64,000 nt of DNA from an uncultured Gammaproteobacteria bacterium (lineage in GTDB: Bacteria; Patescibacteriota; Patescibacteriia; Patescibacteriales; GWC2-42-12): NCBI GenBank assembly GCA_964560005.1, contig CAZLKB010000003.1, forward strand, positions 110,951 to 174,950, given 5' to 3'. Both the position numbers and the translations under genes were made by a program. Under the pieces are notes generated by a model. It saw only the letters and a list, made by a program, of their open reading frames with translations. It was not told where the DNA came from and searched no databases. This document shows, in pieces, positions 1-9,407 of the stretch. The number at the start of each line of letters is the position of its first letter. Within the stretch, counting starts at the first letter, position 1.

Positions 1-1191
1 GATCCCCTCTCCGTTAATATTTAAACCCGAGGGTGTCAGCCATTTAGCCACGGTAATTTTTACTGAAGAGCCGTCATTGAGCTCTTCCAGGGTTTGCACC
101 GAACCCTTGCCATAAGTTTTTTTACCCACGATGGTGGCCTTTTTATAATCCTTTAAAGCTCCGGAAACTATTTCCGAAGCCGAAGCGCTGCCCTGGTTGA
201 CCAGCACCACGGTCGGAAAATCTTTCAGCCTGGCGCGCCCGCGGTTTAAATATTCATTCTTTTTTTCCGGATTAAACTGTTCGGTTACGATCACCCCCTG
301 ATCAATCCATTCGCTGGCCACATCAATAGCGGTTTCCAGGTAGCCGCCCGGATTATTCCTTAAATCCAAAATAACGCCTTTAGGGCCCTGCGCCACGGCT
401 TTCATGGCCGCCTCTTTAAATAGATTGGCCGTATCGTCGTTAAAGTTGGTTATGGTAATGATAAATATTTTATCGTCGCGCATTTCAGTCCTTACGCTCT
501 TAACCACTATGGCGTCTCTGATAATTTTGAAATCTTTCGTCATGTCAAAACCGTCCCTGAAAATAGTCAGAGTTACTTCGGTGCCCTTGGGACCGCGAAT
601 TAAACTGACCGCCTCATCGGTGGATAAACCGGCCGTTGATTGGCCGTTGATGGCATAAATTTTATCGCCCGATTTAAGCCCGGCTTTCTCGGCCGGCATA
701 TCGGCTAAGGGCGCGACGATGGTGATAATATCATTCTTTTTGCCGATTTCAGCGCCAATGCCTTCAAAGGTGCCGGCTAAATCATCGGAAAATTCCTTAG
801 CCAGCTTCGGCTCCATAAAGACGGTATAGGGATCTCCGGTTGACTCAACCAAGCCTTTAAGCGCGCCATAGAACATCTGCTTATCGTTCAGCAAATTCCT
901 GTCAACATATTCTTCTTTAAGCAAGTCCCAAACCTCCCAGAACAAATTGAAATCCACATCTTGAGTCAGCTTATTGGCCGGAGCGGTGATATACTTATTA
1001 TAGACTTTACCCGCATAATCAGCCTGTTTCAGGCTGGCTGATTTTATAAACTCATTTTTCTGAGCCAGCATCATGCCGCCGGCGAAGGCGGCCGACAGTA
1101 AAATCAGGCTTAATAAAACAACGCCTAAGATTTTAATTTTACGGCGTTTTTTTATTACCGGTCCACCTACTGCTGATGTAAAATTTTCCAT
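1..1191 (-). CDS. S41-family C-terminal processing peptidase (Ctp/Prc-like), C-terminus cut by window edge
   Basis: Own minus-strand translation from ATG at 1191-1189. It reads MENFTSAVGGPVIKKRRKIKILGVVLL (membrane anchor), a PDZ-like AEKAGLKSGDKIYAINGQS, then LDLRNNPGGYL, VLVNQGSASASEIVSGAL and TYGKGSVQT (S41 Ser/Lys region). Absent from the ORF track because it runs off the edge. Confidence 0.85.
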   Translation of the reverse strand, partial: MENFTSAVGGPVIKKRRKIKILGVVLLSLILLSAAFAGGMMLAQKNEFIKSASLKQADYAGKVYNKYITAPANKLTQDVDFNLFWEVWDLLKEEYVDRNLLNDKQMFYGALKGLVESTGDPYTVFMEPKLAKEFSDDLAGTFEGIGAEIGKKNDIITIVAPLADMPAEKAGLKSGDKIYAINGQSTAGLSTDEAVSLIRGPKGTEVTLTIFRDGFDMTKDFKIIRDAIVVKSVRTEMRDDKIFIITITNFNDDTANLFKEAAMKAVAQGPKGVILDLRNNPGGYLETAIDVASEWIDQGVIVTEQFNPEKKNEYLNRGRARLKDFPTVVLVNQGSASASEIVSGALKDYKKATIVGKKTYGKGSVQTLEELNDGSSVKITVAKWLTPSGLNINGEGI

Positions 1192-1324
1192 AAAAAAATA
1201 ACAGCTAATATTTATTCTTTAATCTTACCATAAGTAAATCTATTTTGCCAAATCTTGCGGTTGAGCGCTCGACAGGCCTTGAAAAAATGCTTTATTTAAG
1301 CTATGATATAGCCATAAATACAAA

Positions 1325-1470
1325 AATTCAAAATCCTAAATCCTAAATTCTAAACTCTAAACAAAATCAAAAATTCTTAATTCAAATGATCCAAACAAAA
1401 TTCGACACATTTGTATTTAATTTTTAATTTGAAATTTGTTTAGAATTTAGATATTAGATATTAGAATTTA
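1325..1470. repeat. AT-rich inverted-repeat spacer element (ctaaat heptamer dialect)
   Basis: Left arm aaatcctaaatcctaaattctaaactctaaacaaa (1330-1364) is complementary to right arm tttgtttagaatttagatattagatattagaattt (1435-1469). It lies between the divergent ctp and murA starts. Confidence 0.7.
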
Positions 1471-1478
1471 ATAAATTT

Positions 1479-2777
1479 ATGTCAAATTTTATTATTAACG
1501 GCGGCAAAAAACTCCATGGCACGATTAAAACCAATTCGGCTAAAAATTCGGCCGTGGCTATTCTTTGCGCCCTGCCGATGATCAAAGGAAGAACCGTTCT
1601 GTTAGATATGCCCAGAATTGAAGAAGTCAACCGGATTATTGAAATATTAACCTCCATCGGCTTAAAGATTACCTGGCTGGCTAACCATAAACTTCAAATA
1701 ATCAATCCGGGTAAAATTTCTTTACATTCTATAAACCGCGAAGCTTATGAAAAAACCAGATCGGCGATTCTTCTACTTGGGTCCTTGTCATCAATCTTTA
1801 AAAAATTTATTCTGCCGAAAACCGGCGGATGCAAATTAGGCAAACGAACGGTTAATCCGCACTTCATTGCCTTGGCGCACCTAGGCATTTTCGTCAAAAA
1901 AATTAATAACAGCTTTTATATTAACAACCGCCGCGCCAAGAGCGCGCAATTTACCATGTATGAGTCCGGCGATACGGCCACCGAAAATGCCATCCTGGCC
2001 TCAATTTTGCTGCCAGGCAAGACGGAAATAAATTTAGCTTCAGCCAACTACATGGTGCAGGATTTATGCTATTTTTTAGTTAAAGCCGGCGCTAAAATCA
2101 GCGGTATCGGCACGACTAAACTTACAATCACTGGCGTAAAAAAACTTAAGCCGGTTATATACCCGATCATGCCTGACCCGATAGAATCAATGGCCTTTAT
2201 CTCTATCGCCATTACTACCGGCTCAAAAATGAAAATTACCAATTGCCCCATAGAATTCTTAAGCCTGGAACTGGAAAAACTCAGAGTGATGGGGCAAATC
2301 ATGAAAATAAGCAAACCGTATAAATCAGCCAACGGCCGATTTATTTTAATAAATCTAGAAATATCACCGTCTGAATTATATGCTCTTTCGGATAAGATTT
2401 ATGGACGGCCTTTCCCCGGCTTAAACATAGATAATTTACCCTTATTCCTGCCGATTTTAACTAAAGCTAAGGGCGCAACCTTAGTTCACGATTGGATTTA
2501 TGAAAATCGAGCCATCTACTATACTGAGTTGGAAAAGCTGGGAGCTAACATTATGCTTCATGACCCGCACCGCGTTACTGTCACCGGGCCGACTAAGTTA
2601 AAATCCGCGGAAATTATCTGCCCGCCGGCCTTAAGGCCGGCCATAAATCTGCTAATCTGCATGCTGGCGGCTGAAGGTAAATCAATTCTTCATAACTCAT
2701 ATTCAATTGACCGCGGTTACGAAAATATCTGCGAACGGCTTAATAAATTAGGCGCCGACATCAAACGGGTTGATTAA
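1479..2777 (+). CDS. murA: UDP-N-acetylglucosamine 1-carboxyvinyltransferase
   Basis: 432-aa ORF. The N-terminus IINGGKKLHGTIKTNSAKNSAVAILCA is typical of the MurA/EPSP-synthase fold. KTGGCKLGKRTVNPH aligns with the catalytic Cys loop of MurA. Confidence 0.85.
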   Translation: MSNFIINGGKKLHGTIKTNSAKNSAVAILCALPMIKGRTVLLDMPRIEEVNRIIEILTSIGLKITWLANHKLQIINPGKISLHSINREAYEKTRSAILLLGSLSSIFKKFILPKTGGCKLGKRTVNPHFIALAHLGIFVKKINNSFYINNRRAKSAQFTMYESGDTATENAILASILLPGKTEINLASANYMVQDLCYFLVKAGAKISGIGTTKLTITGVKKLKPVIYPIMPDPIESMAFISIAITTGSKMKITNCPIEFLSLELEKLRVMGQIMKISKPYKSANGRFILINLEISPSELYALSDKIYGRPFPGLNIDNLPLFLPILTKAKGATLVHDWIYENRAIYYTELEKLGANIMLHDPHRVTVTGPTKLKSAEIICPPALRPAINLLICMLAAEGKSILHNSYSIDRGYENICERLNKLGADIKRVD

Positions 2778-2786
2778 GTTTTTTCT

Positions 2787-2894
2787 GTCATTGCGGGCTT
2801 GACCCGCAATCCACCCCGCACTTTGCGGGGCGGCTCGTCCGCCTCGGCTTCGCCTTTAGGCGAGACGGGCCTTCGGCTTTAAGGCCGGAATGAC
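2787..2894. repeat. cluster of GC-rich hairpins (REP/BIME-like)
   Basis: Consecutive hairpins attgcggg-cttga-cccgcaat, ccccgca-ctt-tgcgggg and ggcctt-cggcttt-aaggcc, flanked by gtcattgcgg and ccggaatgac. The internal segment tccgcctcggcttcgcctttaggcgagacgggcc recurs inside eno (40842-40901, opposite strand). Confidence 0.7.
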
Positions 2895-2903
2895 AAAAAT
2901 TTT

Positions 2904-4235
2904 ATGACTCTAAAAGTCAGAAGAATACTTAGCCTGATATTTATAATTTTCTTTTTAACTATCGCCCCGGTTATTATACTCTACGCCGCCGGCTACAAGC
3001 TGAAAAGAAACGGTTTTGCCATAGAACGAACCGGCATATTTATTATTGAAAGCAGTCCTAAGGGCGCAAAAATATTGATTAACGGCAAGTCCCAAAAAAC
3101 GCTGACTAGCTCCTTGTTCAATCAAAATAATTTTGTAACTACACCGGCAAAAATAAAGAATCTTCTGCCCGGAGAATATGATCTTTCGCTGGAACTTGAT
3201 GGCTACTCAAGCTGGCAAAAAAAATTAAATATCAATCCCGGATCATCCACTTACGCAAAAAATATTTATTTATTTAAAAAAAATCTGCCGGTCCAAATAG
3301 CTTCTGCTGAAATTCAAGCTATTAGCTTTTCCCCGGATAAAAATCAGGCGGTAACTATATCCGCCAGCCAGCTTACTTTATATAATCTGAAAAACGAAAC
3401 GGCAAAATCCATTAACCAAAGTAATCTTAAAGGACAACACATAACCTGGCCGTTAGACGGCCGAATGCTGGTAGTTGATAATTATCTTTACGATACCTCC
3501 GCTTTTAACTCTATAATTGACTTAAACAAATTAACTCCGGGAAGTTTCAAGTATAAATGGAGTAATAATATTTTATTTTACCAAGATAAAACATCGGTTT
3601 ACCAGCTTAACGACGCGAATTTGCCCAAAAAAATAATTAATAATATAGATTTTAGCGATTATCTCATAAAGGACAAATTTTTATACTTAATTAATCAATC
3701 CAAGTCAGCCACCAGCCTAAAAACCATTAATCTGGCGTCAAGCAAACAAATTAAAGATATCAGCCTGCCGTCCGCCAATTATTCCTTTATCAACCCGGAG
3801 CAAACCCTAATTAATCTGCTTGATAATGACCATAAAATCCTCTACCTGATTAACCCGCTGGTTGATTATTACCCCTTGGTAGAGATTATTAATAATATTA
3901 AAACCACCGCTTGGTACGATAATAATAATTTGCTTTATACTAATGATTTTGAAATTTGGCTATACAGCTTAGAATCAAGGCAAAAAACTTTAATTACCAG
4001 AATTAGCGATTCCATTAACAGCGCCTTAATGCACCCGAATAAAAATTATATTATCTATTCCACCGATCAAACTATTAATACGATTGAACTGGATGAAAGA
4101 GAAAAAAGGAACACTACCGAATTGGTAAAATTTGACTCAATTAAAACCTTAGCCTTAAATACCTCGGGCGATATCCTTTATTTCTTCGGGCAAATCGGCA
4201 ACACGAAAGGATTATATAAATTATTAATCCAATAG
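2904..4235 (+). CDS. membrane-anchored PEGA-domain protein with beta-rich C-terminal region
   Basis: 443-aa ORF with an N-terminal TM helix. PEGA-like segment SSPKGAKILINGKSQ...PGEYDLSLELDGYSSWQKKLNINPGSS. Confidence 0.6.
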   Translation: MTLKVRRILSLIFIIFFLTIAPVIILYAAGYKLKRNGFAIERTGIFIIESSPKGAKILINGKSQKTLTSSLFNQNNFVTTPAKIKNLLPGEYDLSLELDGYSSWQKKLNINPGSSTYAKNIYLFKKNLPVQIASAEIQAISFSPDKNQAVTISASQLTLYNLKNETAKSINQSNLKGQHITWPLDGRMLVVDNYLYDTSAFNSIIDLNKLTPGSFKYKWSNNILFYQDKTSVYQLNDANLPKKIINNIDFSDYLIKDKFLYLINQSKSATSLKTINLASSKQIKDISLPSANYSFINPEQTLINLLDNDHKILYLINPLVDYYPLVEIINNIKTTAWYDNNNLLYTNDFEIWLYSLESRQKTLITRISDSINSALMHPNKNYIIYSTDQTINTIELDEREKRNTTELVKFDSIKTLALNTSGDILYFFGQIGNTKGLYKLLIQ

Positions 4236-4243
4236 CCCCCTCT

Positions 4244-4277
4244 AAAAAAGAGCCGTCATTATGGCGGCTCTTTTTTT
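4244..4277. terminator. bidirectional intrinsic terminator between convergent genes
   Basis: Stem gagccg (4250-4255) pairs with cggctc (4265-4270). It is preceded by an A-run and followed by a T-run (4271-4277). Confidence 0.6.
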
Positions 4278-4282
4278 GTTTT

Positions 4283-4312
4283 TCCGCCAGAGGCGGATCC
4301 GCCTTTGGCGGA
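4283..4312. repeat. 30-nt GC-rich double-hairpin element, intergenic copy
   Basis: tccgccagaggcgga + tccgcctttggcgga, two tandem 15-nt hairpins. Same unit as at 8169, 15403, 23913, 49791, 55874 and 56267. Confidence 0.85.
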
Positions 4313-4319
4313 CTTGTTT

Positions 4320-5225
4320 TTACCTTAACTGCCAAATCCATTTGTCTAATAAATCTCTGTCTGACTTATTAATCAAATAAATATTGTCGCTATCGCCTCT
4401 TTTAGCGTAATATAGCTCATCTTTTGCCGAACCAATCATTAAAACATTATCAACTCCCTCGCCTGAGGCTTCTATAATTATTAAGTGCTTGTCCAGGCCG
4501 GTATTGGCGAAGGTCTGCTCGGGAATTTCCGCGGCTTTTAGATTAGTCATAATTTCCAATAACGGACCGATTTTTTCTTGATTTACCGCGAATTTTTCCG
4601 GCAATATGCCGCTCCATTTATCATCTTTAAATTCAACCGTGAATTCACGATTCGGATATTGAAATCTGATTTTGTTGATTTTCTCTTTAGCGGTGGAAAA
4701 AATCATTAAATCCCGCCACTCCGGCTGATTGAAAGAACCGGACAAATCGGCTTTAACTGAATAGGTAGCGGAAGACCCGGCCGTCGCAATATAAGTGCTA
4801 TCATAATCGCTGGCTCGACTGCCAATAATAAAGTCTACAACCGGCTGGCCGTCCTGATAAACCTTTACCGTTAAGCCGGCTTCTGTTTTAAACTCGCTTT
4901 TTCTCTCCGGATTATTGCTGACCAATTCAACTTCCGAGGCGGCCGCTTGTTTTAGGCTCTCTAAGGCGCCTGCTATTAGGCTTGGTTCAACATAAAAATC
5001 TTTAGTGTTATTGTATCTCCATTTTTCATTTTGTTTAGATAAAACGAGAGTGTTATCGCCGGAAACTACTTCAAGCTTATCAACTTTAGCGGCGTCGATT
5101 TTGGCAAAAATATTTTTCGGTTTGCCGAAATTATTTTGCCACTCTTTTAAAGGACCATGATAAAGATAAGCCAGGGCAATCAAAGCAATTAGCACCGCAC
5201 CCAAAATTAGAGTCTTTTTATTCAT
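4320..5225 (-). CDS. DUF4340-like protein (accessory to GldG-type ABC system)
   Basis: 301-aa ORF with an N-terminal TM helix. It is the last gene of the co-directional ABC ATPase, ABC-2 permease and GldG-like cluster, the usual context of DUF4340. Confidence 0.6.
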   Translation of the reverse strand: MNKKTLILGAVLIALIALAYLYHGPLKEWQNNFGKPKNIFAKIDAAKVDKLEVVSGDNTLVLSKQNEKWRYNNTKDFYVEPSLIAGALESLKQAAASEVELVSNNPERKSEFKTEAGLTVKVYQDGQPVVDFIIGSRASDYDSTYIATAGSSATYSVKADLSGSFNQPEWRDLMIFSTAKEKINKIRFQYPNREFTVEFKDDKWSGILPEKFAVNQEKIGPLLEIMTNLKAAEIPEQTFANTGLDKHLIIIEASGEGVDNVLMIGSAKDELYYAKRGDSDNIYLINKSDRDLLDKWIWQLR

Positions 5226-5376
5226 AAGTGATAATTTTAATTTTTAATTTTTAATTTTCAAACAATTTTTAATGTTTTAATTTTCAATTACTTGTATCAC
5301 CTCGCTTAGCGAGAGCGTAAAAATTTAATAATTGATCATTCATTGGAAATTGAAAATTGAAAATTGAAAATTTATT
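5226..5376. repeat. AT-rich inverted-repeat spacer element (gaaaatt dialect) with central GC hairpin
   Basis: Left arm aattttaatttttaatttttaattttcaaacaat and right arm cattggaaattgaaaattgaaaattgaaaatt, with central ctcgcttagcgag. It fills the gap between the gldG-like stop and the DUF4340 start. Confidence 0.75.
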
Positions 5377-6900
5377 TTATATCTGATCCACAAACTTAGT
5401 CCTTCTTCTGAAAAAATATCTTATCAAGCCGAACAGCACAACCAGCGCGGTCAGGCCGAAGACATTGGCATACCTGATCGTAGCTTTCATGGATTCAGTT
5501 ACTTCCTTAAGCGGCCTCTCGGTCACGCCTTTGGAGCGGATAGTGATTAGGTCATTACCCAAGCTTAAGCTATCCACTACATTCTGGAAAAAGACTAAAT
5601 TGTCCGGATAATTTCTTAAAAAGTTGTCAGTTATGAAATCACTATCGCCGACTAAGACGATTCGGCCGGCGGAAGTGTTCGGATTATTATAAACGCTATT
5701 GAATTTTCCGGATAAGGACACGGCTAAATCATATTTCCCTTTGGCGCCATTCTTAATTTCCGCCTGTGGAGACAAATTAAAATTATCCGCCACTAGCATA
5801 GCTCGATCAGAAGTTCTGGCCAGATATGATATGGTTATATCCTTCATTTTGTCAGGCGACAAATCAATTGATGACGCCCATGGCAAAACCAAACTCTCTA
5901 ATTTAGCAACCGCTATATTATTTTGATCAAAGCCGGCCTTTATAACTTTGGGCCAATAAGGGTAATTGGTTGAAAAAGTGACGAAACCCTGGCTAAAAGA
6001 TGCCATGCCGTTGTTTACATCTAAGATTAAATTATTATTCAGCTTAAGCCCATAGCCGGCTAAAATTTTATTTAAACCGGTATCATTCTTGGCCGCCTGC
6101 AGTCCCTGCTCCACAGTCACGCCGTTAGCCAGAATTATTAAAGAACCGCCTTTCATTAAAAAAGCATCAATTGCTTTTAATTCTTCGTCCTTAAAGGCCT
6201 CTTTCGGGCCAATAATAATTAATGTGTCCATGTTCTCAGGAATCTTTTTCTCGGCAGTATAATTGACCGCGGAAACATTGTAGATTTCGCTTAGTTTTTG
6301 AAAAATCGCGGTTATATCGTTTTGCGTGTCGGCCGAGCCATTGCCCTGCCAAAAACCGATGCTGGCTAGCTTATCATCAGTAACTTTTTTAATGGCCGAG
6401 GTAATCTGATATTCAAAATCACGCGTGTCCTGTATGACCGGTATGGCCTGAGTTTTGTCGCCGTATTTAACCACCAAGCCTAAATAACCGTTGATGACTT
6501 GATATTTGTCTTTTTCCAGAACATTAAATTGCAGTTGCGGAATTCCGGCCAGATACAGTTCCTGTTGCGTCGCCTGATCGTCTTTTGGATCAATAAATTC
6601 AACTTTAACCTTGCCGCCGGAATAATTGGAGTATTCTTCCAGGATATCCCCCACTTCTTGCCTTAAATTTAAATACTGCGATGGCAAATTAGCCGAAAAA
6701 TAAGCTTTAATATTAACCACATCCTTTAAATCAGCCACTGTCTTCTTGCTGACGCCGGAAATTGAATAATCTTTATTCTGGGTTAAATCAAAACGGTAAA
6801 AGATATTATAGGAAAAAAAGTTAAGCACGGCTAAAATGCCGATAACGATAATTATCAGAGCGGAGGAATTAGTTTTGTTCAAAAATTGGTGTAATTTCAT
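5377..6900 (-). CDS. GldG-like ABC-transporter auxiliary component
   Basis: 507-aa ORF with N- and C-terminal TM helices flanking a large exported domain. It sits next to ABC-2 permease and ATPase genes. The architecture matches the ABC_transp_aux/GldG family. Confidence 0.7.
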   Translation of the reverse strand: MKLHQFLNKTNSSALIIIVIGILAVLNFFSYNIFYRFDLTQNKDYSISGVSKKTVADLKDVVNIKAYFSANLPSQYLNLRQEVGDILEEYSNYSGGKVKVEFIDPKDDQATQQELYLAGIPQLQFNVLEKDKYQVINGYLGLVVKYGDKTQAIPVIQDTRDFEYQITSAIKKVTDDKLASIGFWQGNGSADTQNDITAIFQKLSEIYNVSAVNYTAEKKIPENMDTLIIIGPKEAFKDEELKAIDAFLMKGGSLIILANGVTVEQGLQAAKNDTGLNKILAGYGLKLNNNLILDVNNGMASFSQGFVTFSTNYPYWPKVIKAGFDQNNIAVAKLESLVLPWASSIDLSPDKMKDITISYLARTSDRAMLVADNFNLSPQAEIKNGAKGKYDLAVSLSGKFNSVYNNPNTSAGRIVLVGDSDFITDNFLRNYPDNLVFFQNVVDSLSLGNDLITIRSKGVTERPLKEVTESMKATIRYANVFGLTALVVLFGLIRYFFRRRTKFVDQI

Positions 6901-6906
6901 GGCAAT

Positions 6907-7332
6907 TTAATTATTATTTTTTTCTGATGAATCAGAATTAGACGAAGATTTTCTGGACTGCTCTTCTTGAAGCTGCGATAACCGGTGCCTGCCACTTTTT
7001 AAATCCATTTCGGTATCAGCGTTAGCACAATAAATACTAAATCTAACTATTTTCTTTTCAAGCTCGGCCAACCATCGAGCTTTCTTGGAAATAATATCGA
7101 CTTTTAACGCCTTCTTTACTATTTCTATGACTTCTATTAGACTGGCAGCCATCAGATCACTTTCCCTTAAACCGTTAAGAAATTCATCGTCGTTTAGGTC
7201 TAATATAGCCGCGACAGACATGGCTATCTTTCTATCATATGGAGTTATGAACGGATCAATCAACTCAGCTTGATTATTAATATAATTAGCCTCATTGCCA
7301 CGATTGAAATTTTCAAAAAGGTTTTCTGACAT
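6907..7332 (-). CDS. hypothetical acidic/serine-rich protein
   Basis: ORF trimmed to the first ATG (MSENLFENF). The track start at 7359 is a TTG inside the spacer repeat. No recognisable motif. Confidence 0.45.
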   Translation of the reverse strand: MSENLFENFNRGNEANYINNQAELIDPFITPYDRKIAMSVAAILDLNDDEFLNGLRESDLMAASLIEVIEIVKKALKVDIISKKARWLAELEKKIVRFSIYCANADTEMDLKSGRHRLSQLQEEQSRKSSSNSDSSEKNNN

Positions 7333-7398
7333 ATTTATTATTACATTTTTTATTTTCAACTGTCATTTTTAACTTTGAGATTTACATTTTACATTTTC
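7333..7398. repeat. AT-rich post-stop module (aaaatgtaaa dialect)
   Basis: caactgtcatttttaactttgagatttacattttacatttt abuts the permease stop codon. Near-identical strings occur at 28661-28715, 47262-47300 and 49441-49494. Confidence 0.75.
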
Positions 7399-8133
7399 TC
7401 ACTTCCACGACCTTCTCTCAATCACCCTTACATTCAGCCACAAAAACAAAAATATAAAAGAAAAATAATAAATTATATCCTTGGTGTCAATCACGCCTTT
7501 GGCAATATTGTTAAAATGACTGCCTAGGCCTAAAAATTTCATAACCGGGACGAGCAAGGCTGGCGAACTGGCTAAAACGAAATCAGCGCCGATTATGAAA
7601 GCGAAAAAACAAGCCACCAGGCCTAAAATAAAAGCGATAATTTGATTCTTCGTTAAGCTGGAAATAAATAAGCCTAAAGCTAAATACGAACCGCCCAAAA
7701 ATAAGGCGCCTAAATAGCTTCCGATCACCGGCCCTTTATCCAGATTGCCCAGCCAGGCGATGCTTAAGGGCATGGTAAGCGAAAGCAGCAAACTGAAAAA
7801 TAAAAAGGTTAAAGCGCTGAAAAATTTAGCTAATACCACTTGCCAATCGGTTAAGGGCAAAGTCAATAAAAATTCAATCGTGCCGCTTTTCTTTTCTTCG
7901 GCCCAAAGCCTCATAGTAATAGCCGGCGCTAAAAATAAAAAAATCCAGGGCAAAAGCGAAAAATAATTTCTCATTGAGGCTTGGCCAACCAGGAAAAAAG
8001 AGTTAAAAAACAGCCAATTGCCGACGATTAAAAACACACCGATAAAAATATAAGCAATCGGAGAATTAAAGTAGGACATTAATTCTTTTTTAAATAATAT
8101 GTAGATGGTTTTTAGATACTGTGGTTTTGACAT
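7399..8133 (-). CDS. ABC-2 type transporter permease (GldF-like)
   Basis: Six predicted TM helices. Trimmed to ATG (MSKPQYLK), because the track start is a TTG inside the gaaaatt repeat. Adjacent to the ABC ATPase. Confidence 0.75.
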   Translation of the reverse strand: MSKPQYLKTIYILFKKELMSYFNSPIAYIFIGVFLIVGNWLFFNSFFLVGQASMRNYFSLLPWIFLFLAPAITMRLWAEEKKSGTIEFLLTLPLTDWQVVLAKFFSALTFLFFSLLLSLTMPLSIAWLGNLDKGPVIGSYLGALFLGGSYLALGLFISSLTKNQIIAFILGLVACFFAFIIGADFVLASSPALLVPVMKFLGLGSHFNNIAKGVIDTKDIIYYFSFIFLFLWLNVRVIERRSWK

Positions 8134-8168
8134 AATTAAATAATTTTCAATTCTCAATTTTCAATTTT

Positions 8169-8198
8169 TCCGCCCAAGGCGGATCAGCCTCGGGCTGA
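8169..8198. repeat. 30-nt GC-rich double-hairpin element, intergenic copy
   Basis: tccgcccaaggcgga + tcagcctcgggctga. The arms differ from other copies but stay self-complementary. Confidence 0.8.
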
Positions 8199-8384
8199 CA
8201 AACAATGACCAATAAATCAATGACCAATTTTCAAAACAAGGCACAATCTTGCTCATTGAAAATTTAATCATTAAAAATTGTTTAAAAATTACTTGCCTAC
8301 CGGCAGACGGGAATTTAAAATTATTAAATTAAACATTTTGCATTTTGAACTGTCATTTTTCATTTTGATCTTTTCATTTTACAT

Positions 8385-9314
8385 TTACTTCGTCAGTTCC
8401 CTGAATACATTCTCCAGGCTGGCGCTCTTCCTGCTGAATTCCAAAATGCTCCAATTATTTTTCATCACCGTCATAGATAAATATTCCCTTAAATCCACGC
8501 CGGCTTTGGGCTCGATTTCATAGCCGTAAATGTCTTCGGCCTCCTTGTCTTTAACCTCAACATTCGCCACATTCTCCATTTCTTTAAGCTGTTTAATAAT
8601 TTCCGCCTGCGGTCCTTTAATTTTAACATAAATCATTTCTACTCCGCCGAGCTGGCTAGATAATTCTTTGGGGCTGCCTTGCCCGACAATCTTTCCTTGA
8701 TTGATAATTATTACCCGGTCGCATGTGGCGCTGACCTCGCTTAGAATATGAGTAGAAAATATTACGGTTTTCTCCCGGCCGATTTCTTTGATTAAATCTC
8801 TAATTTCTACAATCTGATTCGGATCCAGTCCGGTAGTCGGCTCGTCCAAAATTAAAATATCCGGCTGGTGCATGATCGCTTGGGCTAAACCAACGCGCTG
8901 GCGAAAACCTTTAGACAATTCATCAATCGGCTGGCGCAATACCTTGGTCAAACCGCAAATTGAAACCACCCTGCCGATTCTTTCTTTAATAGTATTTTTT
9001 TCCAACGAACGAATTTCGGCAATAAATTTAAGATATTCAAACACCCTCATATCTTCATAAAGCGGCACGGTTTCAGGTAAATAGCCGATTTTTTTTCTGG
9101 TAGCTAAAGAATTGGCGGCTACATCTACGCCGTCAATCAAAATTTGGCCTGAAGTCAATGGCCAAAAAGAAGTAATAATCTTCATGGTGGTGGTCTTACC
9201 GGCTCCGTTCGGACCTAAAAAGCCTAAAATTTCACCTTTCTTTACCGAAAAGCTGATATCATTTAAAACTAAGCGATCGCCGAATTTTTTTGTTAAATTT
9301 TTTATCTCTATCAT
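8385..9314 (-). CDS. ABC transporter ATP-binding protein (GldA-like)
   Basis: Walker A GPNGAGKTT, signature LSKGFRQR, Walker B ILILDEPTTGLD. Confidence 0.9.
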   Translation of the reverse strand: MIEIKNLTKKFGDRLVLNDISFSVKKGEILGFLGPNGAGKTTTMKIITSFWPLTSGQILIDGVDVAANSLATRKKIGYLPETVPLYEDMRVFEYLKFIAEIRSLEKNTIKERIGRVVSICGLTKVLRQPIDELSKGFRQRVGLAQAIMHQPDILILDEPTTGLDPNQIVEIRDLIKEIGREKTVIFSTHILSEVSATCDRVIIINQGKIVGQGSPKELSSQLGGVEMIYVKIKGPQAEIIKQLKEMENVANVEVKDKEAEDIYGYEIEPKAGVDLREYLSMTVMKNNWSILEFSRKSASLENVFRELTK

Positions 9315-9407
9315 ATAAAAGCGAATTTACTGCAAATTAAATCAAATTGAGCGAATTTATCGAATTTAAGGACGATAAATTCGCTTATAATTAGTGTCTA
9401 ATTCGTA

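Noticed and set aside
404-658. Many ORF-track entries lie antisense to, or are nested within, strong genes. Examples are 404-658, 2069-2332, 9394-9810, 13752-14201, 34071-34511, 40942-41373, 50012-50392, 52861-53229, 58792-59202 and 61399-61839.
   Set aside because: Each lies entirely inside a longer ORF on the opposite strand that has clear family motifs. Their sequences are low-complexity or hydrophobic shadows with no motifs, so I treat them as non-coding.
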